In this document: piece by piece, positions 47,302-58,598 of the stretch | Position numbering within the stretch: the first letter of the stretch is position 1 | How the letters are laid out: every line of letters begins with the position of its first letter | Source: Lepidodermella squamata | Lineage: Eukaryota; Animalia; Gastrotricha | Length of the DNA: 64,000 nt | Direction: 5' to 3' | NCBI GenBank assembly: GCA_047495785.1 | Contig: JBLDXI010000013.1 | Coordinates: 1,550,001 to 1,614,000 of the forward strand | Position numbers and translations under genes: made by a program | Notes under the pieces: generated by a model | The model's database searches: none | Told to the model about the DNA's origin: nothing | Seen by the model: the letters and a program-made list of their open reading frames with translations, nothing else

Positions 47302-49200
47302 TTAATTATCGCTGCGTTGTAAATTCGGTGTGCCGGGCTTTGACTGGTTGACGTTTTGCGGCGTCAGAATAATGAAAGGTTGCACATCTCGATACATTTC
47401 ACCAATAGCGACCTTAAAATCAAAAATTTACTAAATATTCCGAGATTCGAAGGCTGGGTGACAAACCTGTCGCTTCAGCATGGCCAAATTCGATTTCCCT
47501 TCGGCTATCAGTTTCGAAATGTCAGCAGCATTTTCCAATTTTTGATTTTCGCGAAAGCCAGCCTTCACGCGACGCAGGCCGTACTCCCTTATAATAACAT
47601 TCAAAACAATAATAATACTCGAAATAACAATAAGCACATTAAATTTCAAGTCCTAAGCTGTTATTATTATTTTTTAAGGAAGATTCATTTTTGCGACGCA
47701 AACTGATCAGCTTTTGTACCAACAGCGGCGGTGACGTTCGAAAATCCGTTCTTCTCCAACTCAGCCTCAAGTTCCCGCTTGATTTTATTGACAACCGGTG
47801 GGCCTTGGTACATCAAGGCCGTGTAAAGCTCGACTAGCGAGGCACCGGCCGTGATTTTTTCATAAGCGTCCTGGCCGCTGGAGACACCGCCAACTCCGAT
47901 TATCGGCATTTTACCACCGGTTAACTTGTAAAGCCGAGCAACCTGAGTTGTGCTCATTTTGCTCAGCGGCTTTCCGCTCAAACCTCCCGTTTGCTTGACT
48001 AGATCTTCGGGGGATTTCAACGTATCAGGCCGGCCTGTTGAGGTATTTCCCATTATTAAACCGGAAACCACACGATTTTGCCATTTCAAGGCAACTTTGG
48101 CGATAGCGGCCAGTTCTTGCTCGGTAAGATCTGGCGCGATTTTTACCAAAATTTTAGGTCTGGCACTGAGAGATGACGTTGTTTTCGACAAATGAGCATC
48201 GATTCCTTTCAGCAACTTCTCGAAATGTTCCTCGCTTTGCAGCGACCTTAAACCAGGTGTATTAGGGCTTGACAGATTGACAACGATGAAATCAGATTTA
48301 TCGCTGAAATTATCGAGACCAGACGCGTAATCGGCAACAGCGTCTTCAGATGTTTTATTTTTGCCCAAATTAACTGCCAAGACACATCGATCGTGAGGCG
48401 GTCCGGTCAGAAAATCGAATAGTCCACCGCTTGCCATGTTGGGCGATGGGAAGTTGATATTCAAAGAGTTTCTCGTATCGTTACCCACAATTTTCATATC
48501 ATGGCCTTTTGTTAGGTTTTTAAGCCGAAGTGAGACGAGAGCCACGCGAAAAGCTTGAACTCGTTTCACGACCTCATCAGCACCCTCGCTGTTGAATCCG
48601 TAGCGATTAATCACAGCTTCATCCTCGACTAGGCGGAAAACGCGTGGTTTTTCGTTACCAGGTTGCGGTAGTGGGGTAACAGATCCGACTTCGACGAACC
48701 CGAAACCCATTCGAAACATCGCACCCATCGCCTTGGCGTCCTTGTCGAAACCAGCGGCTAGCCCAATCGGGTTTTCGAAGTCAATGCCGAAAACTCGGGT
48801 TGACAGTCGCTTCAGCGGTTTATCATCTCGCCCAGCGAACCGCGGGCCGATGCCCCAACTCGCGAGGCAAATCGCAACTTGATGCGCAGTTTCAGGGTCC
48901 AATTTACGCATAAATGGCATCACGATGTTGGCGTAGAATTTCTCCTCATTTATCAGCGCCATATAAGCGAATGAAGTCAATGTGCCGCCCGTAATCATGA
49001 TGAGCGAGCCCCCGTATTTACGCGCTTGACTCAAAGGCATTGTCAAGCTTCAACTCTTCGACGTTGATATTTCGTTATTACATAAATCCTAATTAATTAT
49101 TACAAAGTGTTAAATCGGCTCACCTGAAATTATAATGCGGAAACTTGGCGGCCTCTCGCAGTAGGGCGCGGTAGAGTTTCAAAACTTCCACTTTCGACAT
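47302..49200 (-). CDS. LYRM4: LYR motif protein 4 (ISD11), 102 aa; exons 49124-49200, 47467-47587, 47302-47412
   Basis: Spliced product MSKVEVLKLYRALLREAAKFPHYNF-R-EYGLRRVKAGFRENQKLENAADISKLIAEGKSNLAMLKRQ-VAIGEMY... matches ISD11 ([33 protein letters not shown]...IRRQVHIGQLY). GT-AG junctions are phase-compatible. Confidence 0.92.
47685..49040 (-). CDS. DHODH: dihydroorotate dehydrogenase (quinone), class 2, mitochondrial; intronless
   Basis: Motifs DPETAH, NPIGLAAGFDK, GSVTPLPQPGNEKPRVFRL, INRYGFNS, NLGKNKTS, VNLSSPNTPGLR, KIAPDL, GGLSG, IIGVGGV. N-terminal TM. ATG at 49040. Confidence 0.97.
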   Translation of the reverse strand: MPLSQARKYGGSLIMITGGTLTSFAYMALINEEKFYANIVMPFMRKLDPETAHQVAICLASWGIGPRFAGRDDKPLKRLSTRVFGIDFENPIGLAAGFDKDAKAMGAMFRMGFGFVEVGSVTPLPQPGNEKPRVFRLVEDEAVINRYGFNSEGADEVVKRVQAFRVALVSLRLKNLTKGHDMKIVGNDTRNSLNINFPSPNMASGGLFDFLTGPPHDRCVLAVNLGKNKTSEDAVADYASGLDNFSDKSDFIVVNLSSPNTPGLRSLQSEEHFEKLLKGIDAHLSKTTSSLSARPKILVKIAPDLTEQELAAIAKVALKWQNRVVSGLIMGNTSTGRPDTLKSPEDLVKQTGGLSGKPLSKMSTTQVARLYKLTGGKMPIIGVGGVSSGQDAYEKITAGASLVELYTALMYQGPPVVNKIKRELEAELEKNGFSNVTAAVGTKADQFASQK

Positions 49201-49235
49201 TAAAAATTACTAGAAATGTAAAGGAATGTTTTATT
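49201..49235 (-). promoter_or_regulatory. AMDHD1 poly(A) signal followed by an unpaired 3' splice acceptor 9 nt before the LYRM4 ATG
   Basis: On the minus strand: AATAAA at 49235-49230, then TTTACATTTCTAG with the AG at 49211-49210, then TAATTTTTA ATG. Confidence 0.55.
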
Positions 49236-49365
49236 TCAAGGTTTTTGAGCTAGAGGTAGTTAAAATATCACTGGAAGATAGTATTGCTACAAAAATAATG
49301 AAAGGCATAGAAGGTTTGAAAGGATTTATAATCGTAAAAATCAATGAGTTAACTTTCTAGTTTAG

Positions 49366-50978
49366 TTAGTCCTGCTTGTTGTAGACAACTTTTCCAGCTT
49401 TAACAACGTTGCGAATAAGTTCGTTAGAGCAACCGACTTTGTATATCAGGTTTTCCCATTGGGGTGTATCAAGTATGATCAAGTCAGCCAGTCTTCCGCA
49501 CTGAACAGCGCCAACTTTATCGGAAACACCAAGGGCAGCAGCCGAGTTCAAAGTTGCGGCGCAAAGGGCTTCAGCTGGCGTCATTCGTAACAGAACACAA
49601 GCCATATTCATTACTAAGGGCTAATAAACAAAATATGTAAAAATGATTTGTTTGAATTTGAAAGAAATGCATACCATATTGTAACAATATGCATTAGGGT
49701 TGAAATCGCTTCCGAGTGCAACGCAAGCACCAGCATCAATCATTTGACGAGCAGGAGGCATTTTCAGACGTAAAAGATAAGCTGTAGTTGGCAGCAGTAC
49801 ACCTACAGTAGGCTGACCAGTCTCTGCGGCTTTAGCTAAGGCTTCTATACCGGCCTCAGATATCTCCTCCAGATGCGAAACCGCTCGACAGTTGGTTTCG
49901 GCAGCAAGCTAAATCCCATCAAGCCAAATGAATGTGTACAAGACGCTGTTTCATAAAATTACCTCAGCAGAATTGGTATTTGAGAGCTCATCGCCGTGAA
50001 AATTTCCTCTCAACCCAGCTCTACTCGCCGCTTCAAGAATTCGGCGCGTGTGACCATTCTCAAATATTCCTTTCTCGCAAAAAACGTCCACTCCGCCGTC
50101 TACCTTGACCTCTCCATTTTTCACAGCGTCCAACACAGCAGGTAACATTTCGGTAACAACTCGATCAGTTGCACTCACAACATTATCATCTCTGTTAGCG
50201 GTATCAGTAGAATAAAATAGAGCATTTGATCAGAATTATTACTGAGGGACTGCGTGAGCACCACAAAACGTTGCGACGATTGACATTTTACCTGCGAATT
50301 CTTGGCTCGCACGGTGTATTACTCGCAGCATTTTTAATTCAGTAGCTGTGTCCAAACCGTAGCCAGATTTGACTTCAACTGTTGTCGTGCCACAAGATAA
50401 CATTGATTTCAATCGGCTCTTCAGATCACTTAATAACTGATCTTCCGATGCCGCCCTTGTGCACCGAACGGTGTAGTGAATACCGCCACCAGCTTTGTGT
50501 ACCTCCAAATAAGTCGCACCTTGCAGTTTCATTACAAATTCTTTCAGACGGTCCCCAGCATTACACGCATGTGTATGGCAATCGACAAAGCCTGACAGTA
50601 AATCAAATTAAAAAATAAGCCCAATAATAACGGCGCAATTTACCAGGAATTACACTACAACCCCGCGCGTCAATGACGGCGTCAAACACTTCCTGAAATG
50701 GCAATCCCCGACTGTACTTCTTCTCAACGAGTGATTCAGGACCTATCTCAATTATCGTGCCATGCCTTAGAAGAATGGATGTGAATCGAATACAAAACAC
50801 AAAAAATGACGCTCACGAACTTATCAACAACAACGTCAACTCCATCATCTTCATCTTGGATGACTGCAACATCATTCATTTCTTCTTTTCCATGTTTGAA
50901 AAGCTTTGATGATTCATGTCTACCCAGTATACACACAACTTGCCGAGCATGCCGAATAAGCAATGAATAGTTGGTCAT
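49366..50978 (-). CDS. AMDHD1: imidazolonepropionase (HutI), multi-exon
   Basis: Motifs GFVDCHTH, GATYLEVHKAGGGI, EVKSGYGL, TFCGAH, DVFCEKG, FHGDEL, SHLEE, ALGSDFNPN, ATLNSAAALG. Confidence 0.95.
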
Positions 50979-51826
50979 TTTTCTAGAAAACAAACAAAAC
51001 ATGAACAAACGGAATTAGAAGCGCGATCAACTTCGAGAACATTTTCAAGGTATCAAGAATATTGCAACGGTCTTGAAAACTGTTTGGGTGCAAGCTTCTA
51101 AAGCCAGCGACCCAAAAAACCCGCCAGAAAGCAGCAGTTTGACTGGAGACCTGGTCAAAGATACCGCGGGTCGCCTCTGGAAGATCGCCGAGATTTGAAA
51201 AAGCATGTGCCAAGTTTAGCGCGTAAAACTTTGACATATATATTTTACAAAAATACACTTGATTTTATAATTTATTTTAAAAGGCATTTAACTGTTTCTA
51301 TGTAACCTTGGATACTTAATCCAGGCCATGCCTTTTCTGGCCGAGGAAGGATGCGACGTGGAACATCCGCAGCCAAAATCATGAAAACTCCAATGCTCTT
51401 AACTTTCAGAGGGCAATGAACTTAAAGAAACAACATCAGCTTGTTCTCCGCTTTTGTTGTTATCGATCAGAGCTAGTTATTAGCGTTCACAATGTAAACA
51501 ACTGTGTTATCGGGACAGTACATCAAGACGGAGACTTATTATGTTCGGGCGTATTTCCTAGAGCGTAAGCTCGCGATTTTCTCACAAGTCCAGTCAGGGC
51601 GAGGAGAAATCGTCACTTCGTGATCGTGATCATGAAGACAAAATGACGATTTTCTGGCTCGTGAATTTACTTTCGCTCACAAACCATTTGCCAGAATGAA
51701 ATTACCCCTACACCACTCCATCCGTGGCGTCCATCGTCCATGTGCGACTCAAAATGTGTTCTAATATTTGAGTATTGTGATTTTGTTAGCTGTTATCATG
51801 TATATGCATCTCTGATACTCGGAATA

Positions 51827-54800
51827 ATGGCTCAGAGAAAGTCAAATGACGCCAGTGGTAATGAATACGTTTCTCATGGTGAGTCGGATTTCTCACTTAT
51901 AATTGTAAATTTAACAACTGTTTTTGTGATCAATCAGCTCTAAAGTATGAGTCGGATTTGTTGGATTTGATAAAAAATCGCAGTGGACTTGAAAATGCCG
52001 AACTGATCGTTCAACATGCTTTCAACGTACTCGATCGATGGTAAATATTTTCACATTTGAACCATCCAGGAAATTAACGTTATTCTTATTAGTATTCCAG
52101 AGTTGGGCCAATTTGTTAGAGTTATTCAGCTTATTCGAGATCAATTATTCGGTTAACAATTTTATTGCGTTGCCTTCAGCTGAGCTAATGTTGTCGCATT
52201 TCTAGATGCGGTATATAGCGAAAAATTCACAGAATGTGGCGGGAAGGTCGCTCGCCTGCCATATTTCAAGATAATTGAATCTACGGAGGTCAATGCAGAA
52301 AAGAGACTTGATCTGAAATCTAAAGATGTCGATACAATCACTAGAAGGTAAAATCATTGACTATTGCACAGTTACGTGATATTTTATTATCTTCGGATTT
52401 GCAGACTGTTTGAAAAGCAATTGGAGTATGAAAGCCTAGAGGCCGAATTCGCCTCAGCAGGCAGTCAAATTCGCTCGCTGCAAAACTCGCTATCCGTCCA
52501 AATTGATCGCAACGATGATCTGTTGAAGAAAATTCAGGAATTAGAGGACAAATTGATAGCACAGGAGGATCGTTCGGATGAAATAATTCGGGAGCTGCGT
52601 TTGAAAATTGCTGAAATGAAACATGAGCTTGAAGAAAAGCAAACTTTGATTAATGACCTCGACAAATACAAGAAGGGTTACATGGCCTTGGATTCAAGTA
52701 TGTAAATAATTACGGCATAGATATAGCTTTCATGCAGTTGAAACTTTTAGCTTTCTTTAAATGGCCAATGAATATTACTACGCGAGTGATGAAAGAGACT
52801 GATGCAAAATCGATCATCTATGGCCAACCAAAGCCGTTTAGAACGTCGACTCAAGCTGGTCGGCATGAGGCAGCTCTCACAATCAGCTCAGCCTTAACAA
52901 AGCAAATAGAAGAGCTAGAAAAGCAGTTAATAGACGGTTCGTTTCCCAATTCTGCTGAAGTGTAGAAAAATTGAATAAACGAAATTACAGCTTTCGAGAA
53001 TGAATCTTCATCAGTAAAATCAGCCCTTGTCAATCGCCGTCTGATTACGGACAATCTGGATCCTGGCATTGAAGCTGAGGAAGAAGAAATGGTCATACAA
53101 GCCAAAAAGGTTGTTCTATTTTCTCATCTTATTTTTTATTTCACCGAATAATGCTATTTCAGGCAATCAAAGCTGAACGTAGTTTCACTGGTTTCATGAC
53201 GATCGCCTCACGTGAACTCGACTTGCTGAAAGAGCATGAAAATAACATGAATTCTTTGATATCGTCGCGAATTCTCAAAGAAAAGCAAGAAAAAATCGAG
53301 AAGCAAATCGACCCAGATGACCGTTCGCAAGATATTGTCCCTTCTGAGCCAGTAACTGAAGCTGCAGAAAACCCATTCATCCCAAATGAAGTTGTGCTGT
53401 CTAAATACTCGATAATAGTCCAAGTTTCTCAAGATGGTCTGCATTTCTATGACTTACCTGTCAATGAGCCTTGTGGCATGTGTGGGGTAAGGAATCGTGA
53501 TTAGCTCGAGCGATTATCTTAATTTTGATTGTTTTTTATTCAGCTGACTGCTGTGCTCGTCTGTCCCCATCGAATTCTGTCGCGGCAAATCACTATTCCC
53601 TTGACCCCTAATACGTTGTATATGAGGATTCTTCGGCCTACTTTGAAGAGCTCAACATCCGAAATAGTCGCACCTCCCACTTCGGCTGATAATGTTCGTC
53701 CTCCAACTCCTCAACTGAACAAACTTGGCAAATTTTCGAGCTCTAGCGATATCAGAGACAATACCAGCACATCTGGGGTTCAAATGGCGTTCGGACGGCC
53801 AAAACCCAAAGATCTTGCCGAAGATAAGTCTCTGGAACGCTTCACTGCAGCTGTCGAGCAGCGAATTGAAGCAAAACTTCGCGAAACCAAGCCTCGCCTT
53901 CTCACCGAGGAGCAGATGTACGCAGTCTGCGAAGAAATTATCGGACACCTACTGGCGATCGAATACGCCACTCCTCATAAACTAGCGTCTTTGGTCGACA
54001 ACTTTTTCGGCCAAGTTGAACTTTCTTACCGGTCAAAAACAGCGGCTCATTTAGTGGCTGGTGACGTTTTACACAACCTGCCAATGGGTGTCGATAAAGG
54101 CGATCGTTACCTTCAACTGTTTTGCCTAATGCTAAATGGTACCATTGACTCTTCGCTAATTAAATACGCAAGTTTACTAGCCGATGCTACGCTAACGATC
54201 GATTGGCGACATCAAAGTGATTATTGGGCTTTCGCGCTGGTGGTCTATCCGTTTTTGGATGAAGAAGACGCGGATATCGTTCAGATGAATTTCACATCAT
54301 TCTCTGAGGGCCGAATCAGCACTGCCATTGTGCTTGAATACCAGTTATTTTGCCTACTCCGCGGAACTGAACAGCGCTATCAGCAGATGTTTGAGCAGCT
54401 GCATGAAATGGCATCGGGCCAGCCGAGTTTTACTGAAGATGAATTTATCAGGGCTGTGAGAGATATCCTGCCGAAAAGTTCGTTCGATTTCAACAAAGCC
54501 AAGGCTTTGTATCAGGAGGCATATCAGTCTACGCTATTTTGGGCTGATTTTCAACCGACCGAACAACCCCCTAGTGGTTCAGTTCGAGCTCAGGCTGCCA
54601 AATCTACAAAAAATAATGATCCGTTATATGCGAAAGCTGTTAATTATTACAAGGATGCGATCTCAACGGAAAGAGCTGCCCGTAATTACTTTTCAACTGA
54701 TCGAAAATTTATCTTATTTGATTTTTTTTAGAAATTTTGTGCTATTTGGACCTTCTCGGAATTATCGATAGCATCAAAGAAAATCTATGGACGCGAGTAC

Positions 54801-55036
54801 TAGAAATGCGGACTTCATCTTCAATGCTTGCTCATGAGAAATTGGGTGTTCCAGAGACGACAGAAGGCGAACCAAGGCATCGCACGATTGTTCGCTACGC
54901 GGATGTCCACAAATTGGCTATTCAGAACTCGAAGTTCAAGCGCTTCAAATTACGTGAAAATTTGGAATACGACGAAGAACAGTTGAATCGCGGCAGCAAA
55001 GGAAAACAATCTCTTAAGGCGAATGCCAAAAAATAA
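51827..55036 (+). CDS. uncharacterised coiled-coil protein, multi-exon
   Basis: Consecutive + strand exons with short GT-AG introns; long heptad segment at 52406-52700; ORFs 53151, 53529 and 54737. No family recognised with confidence. Confidence 0.65.
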
Positions 55037-56102
55037 TTGTTATATTTCACAGCGATATTTTTGACAGGTGAATAAAGGTTTATTATTTTGAAATGCCACT
55101 CATCTTAATCCGAGATGAGATTATGAACTTCGAATTTTGCGTCAATTGAGTAAGAAAACGCAATGAAATCTTCCAAATTTCCCTCTTCTTTGAGAGAGCA
55201 GCTGAAAACTTTTCACAGCCTTCAGGATGGCAGTAAAAAAGTTGGATTGAAGCATGATTGAAGTATTCCAACTTGATTCCAAAATAAATACTTACTCGAG
55301 AAATGCACTGGTTGAGAATAGATTTCAAATAATGATTTTAACAACTCCAAAGTTTTCCGGATTATACGACGCAATCTCATTTGCTGGAATGTTGGGTATT
55401 TATTGTCCAAGCAATTTTTTGCGAAATTCTTGCACATTGGTGTTAGGAGCTGGTGGAGCTGGTAACGTTTTTTCATGACAGGTACGCCTAGGGAATTACG
55501 AAAGAATTAAAAAGCACACCTTTATTTCAAATTTCCCTGAGTTTATAAGGCTCATTAAAATAACGGTTTTTTGCCGGCCACACGTGGCTATAACGTGGCG
55601 CAAGCCCTCACCTCTCAGTGTCTTCTCACTGACCACTCAAGATTGAAATCCTGATTATTACTATATATGACTTTACAATACACCTTTCTACTACAGGCTG
55701 ATTTTTTTTCATCAAAATCTTATTTCTAGATCACACATGCTCTGGATAGCTACAAGGCAGAACCTGCAATTAGCTTATAGGGCCGTGTTTCTAAAAACAG
55801 CACCCTTTCATGCAAATGGACCCTTGATTTAGTTGCCGGTCAACTTCGAACAAAAGAATGTGGCGTGAGATCATGGCAGCACCTTTTTTCTCAATAAACC
55901 CCGTAAAAAATGCAAGTGGCTCATAAAAGCGAGTGCTTTTCACAGTATCGTTTTTTTTATGAATGGAAATGCCGCAGATTTGCCACAGAAAAAAACGGTT
56001 TCCATGTCGTGTTTACCCACTGTCATTATTTCGAGTGATTGAAGAATTGCTCGGCTGTTCTTTAACATTCTTTGTTTGCTCTAGGAAAATTGTTCGCTTC
56101 GT

Positions 56103-58142
56103 ATGGCGATATTTAGCATTGTTCTTATTTTAAGCTTTGCGGCACAGTTCGGATTCGCAGTTGATTTCCCATATAAGGCCGTTTCTCCGCTTCATTTTGC
56201 TGCAGCTTACGGCAATGTCACCGAAATTACTCGCCTACTTGATGCCGGCGCTTTTGTTGACGAACGAGACTGGGTAGGGCATTAATTTTGTATAATTTTA
56301 AGAATTACTTCAAAAAATTAATTCAGGTTGGCCAAACTCCATTACACATGTCAGCAAAATTTGGGCGGGTTGCTGCATGTCGTGTCCTATTAGAACGTGG
56401 TGCCGACCCAAAGGCTACAAATGCCGAGTACAACGAAACTCCTCTTCACAATATTGCTAAAACTGGAATAATACCGATTTTCAAGATGTTATTAGACCGC
56501 GGTGCCCTTGTGAATGCCCACGCGAATATCGGCGACTATTCAGGCGGAACGCCGCTAAATTTCGCGGTTATGTTGTCGAATTCAGTCGAGGCTGTGAAAT
56601 TTTTGATTGACAACGGCGCGAATGTCAACGAGCCGGATTTGTTTCAACAAACGCCCCTCCATCAAGCGGTTGAAAACGAAAATATCGAAATGATTAAACT
56701 TCTGTTGTCACGTGGCGCTGATATTAAGGCGAAAAATTCGCTTGGCAACACGGTGCTGCACATCGCCGCAGCCAACGAAAATCCGTTTGCTGCGACTGTC
56801 AATTTTTTAATCGAAAAAGGCGCGGATATTAACGCGAGAAATAACGAAGGCCGAACGCCGTTGCATATAGCTGTTCGACGCCTCCGCTTCCCCCTGGTTC
56901 GATTGCTCCTCGAGGCAGAAGCAAAGGTAGATACCAAAGATAACACGAATGAGTCGCCGATGGATATTGCAAGTAAATTTCGGGTTGAATATCGCGACAT
57001 AATGACGCTGCTACTGAAAGAACCAGCCAGTGTGTTCAATAGGATCACACAGGTGCAACCGATTCACATGGCTGTTAGTAATTGCAACCTAAATTGGCTG
57101 ACTGGGCTTTTGTATAATGTTGGTAACCCTGGTCGGTATATTAACAACAACACGCTGGACGAATTGGATCGAACAGCTCTTCACACAGCCGTTCATTTTC
57201 AGCAAATCGAATGTGTTCGAAAACTGTTAGAATTCGGAGCGAATCCGAATGCGCGGCAAAAAGATGGATTCACAGGTAACCATGGCTATTTGTCCAGTTT
57301 CATGTTTTATTGCCTAGTATTTCATAGCTCTTCATTACGCTGCGAAAACTGGTAATTCAGCGATAATTCAATTGCTGATCGATAACGGGGCCAATGTCAA
57401 CGCCATGAGCAATGTGGGCTCGCCTCTTACGGTTGCAGCTGAGCATGCTACTGCTTTCTACCCGGCTTTTCAAACCCTTCTTCAAAACGGCGCTTCAGTT
57501 ACTGGTAGTGCTTCAGGCGGTGACCAAGCTATGCAAAAATTGATCATCCATCAGAACATGAAAATTGCCGAATTGCTGATAAGTAATGGCGCTGGGCTGT
57601 ACACCCGTACCGGCTACGTCGCTCCTTTGTCCGAACTCATGCTATCAGGCTGTTGTTACCCGCAAATACCTGTATTAGGCTGGCTGATAGATAATGGAGC
57701 TGATGTTAACGCGAAAGACGCGAGTGGCCGTACTCCTTTAATCAACGCAATTTACGGACGCAAACGTCCTGAAGTTATCGAATATTTGCTGTTCAGAGGC
57801 GCTTACATCGATAACCAAATGTGTCAGGCCCCGTTATATGTGGCTGCAAGAATGGCGGCGAATGGTCTTGAACGAGGATCCATCAACGTAATGGCGCCTA
57901 ACGGTACGTATTTAGTGGCTGAAGTTCTCATCAAGTACGGCGCTGATCCTAACATGCCGGATACTTGTTCGAAAAAAACACCTATACAACTGGTTGAAGG
58001 GCCAACTAGAATGGACCCGGCCGCTAAACAGGACCTACTCCGAGTACTACGCCAAGGAGCTGGTAGCAACAACTCAACCAGCTATTCTGCTATTCGACAT
58101 GTTGCAGCCTTCGCCGAGGAACAAAATCCCAGCAATTCTTAA
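56103..58142 (+). CDS. ankyrin-repeat protein with an N-terminal signal peptide, 3 exons
   Basis: MAIFSIVLILSFAAQFGFA followed by ~14-16 ankyrin-like repeats (TPLH...LLxxGAxVN). Introns at ~56274-56327 and ~57276-57327. Confidence 0.88.
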
Positions 58143-58598
58143 CGTCATGTTCAGATTCCTTAACTTGCCAGCCACCCTGTCCCGCTATTTATTCCCGTAT
58201 CCGGTGGTTTTCTATTCATACTTGGAAATCGCGGTCTCCAATCCGGATTTAAATTGAGATATATATTATTCTATAGACAGACTGTTACAAATTTATGTAA
58301 TGTCTGGAGATTTTAACTCAGCTATTTTTCTACCTTATGAGCTATTTTTGCGATTTATTATATTTTGCTATCGAGATTTAACTGCCTTTTTCTACACTGA
58401 ATCGTTCATTGGTCGGAGAACAAATAATGGAGAACAATAAATACTCCTTTCTAGCTATTATGCTTCCTCAAAAAGAGTTTGTTTAACTTAAGCACAGGTG
58501 GTGCCAAGTTCAAACCATTTGCTTGTGAGTTGAAGCAAAATATTTTTCGTTTAAAGAAGGTTTAGGTTGATTTTTTCGAGGGTTTTCTTGCTAACTCG

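Noticed and set aside
47431-47649. 72-aa ORF as a standalone membrane protein
   Set aside because: Its hydrophobic start is intron sequence; the rest is LYRM4 exon 2.
49041-49124. In-frame LYRM4 exon 1-DHODH fusion
   Set aside because: The T-rich acceptor at 49089 gives a stop. The only in-frame AG (TTGAAG, ~49048) lacks a pyrimidine tract. Not excluded, but unsupported.
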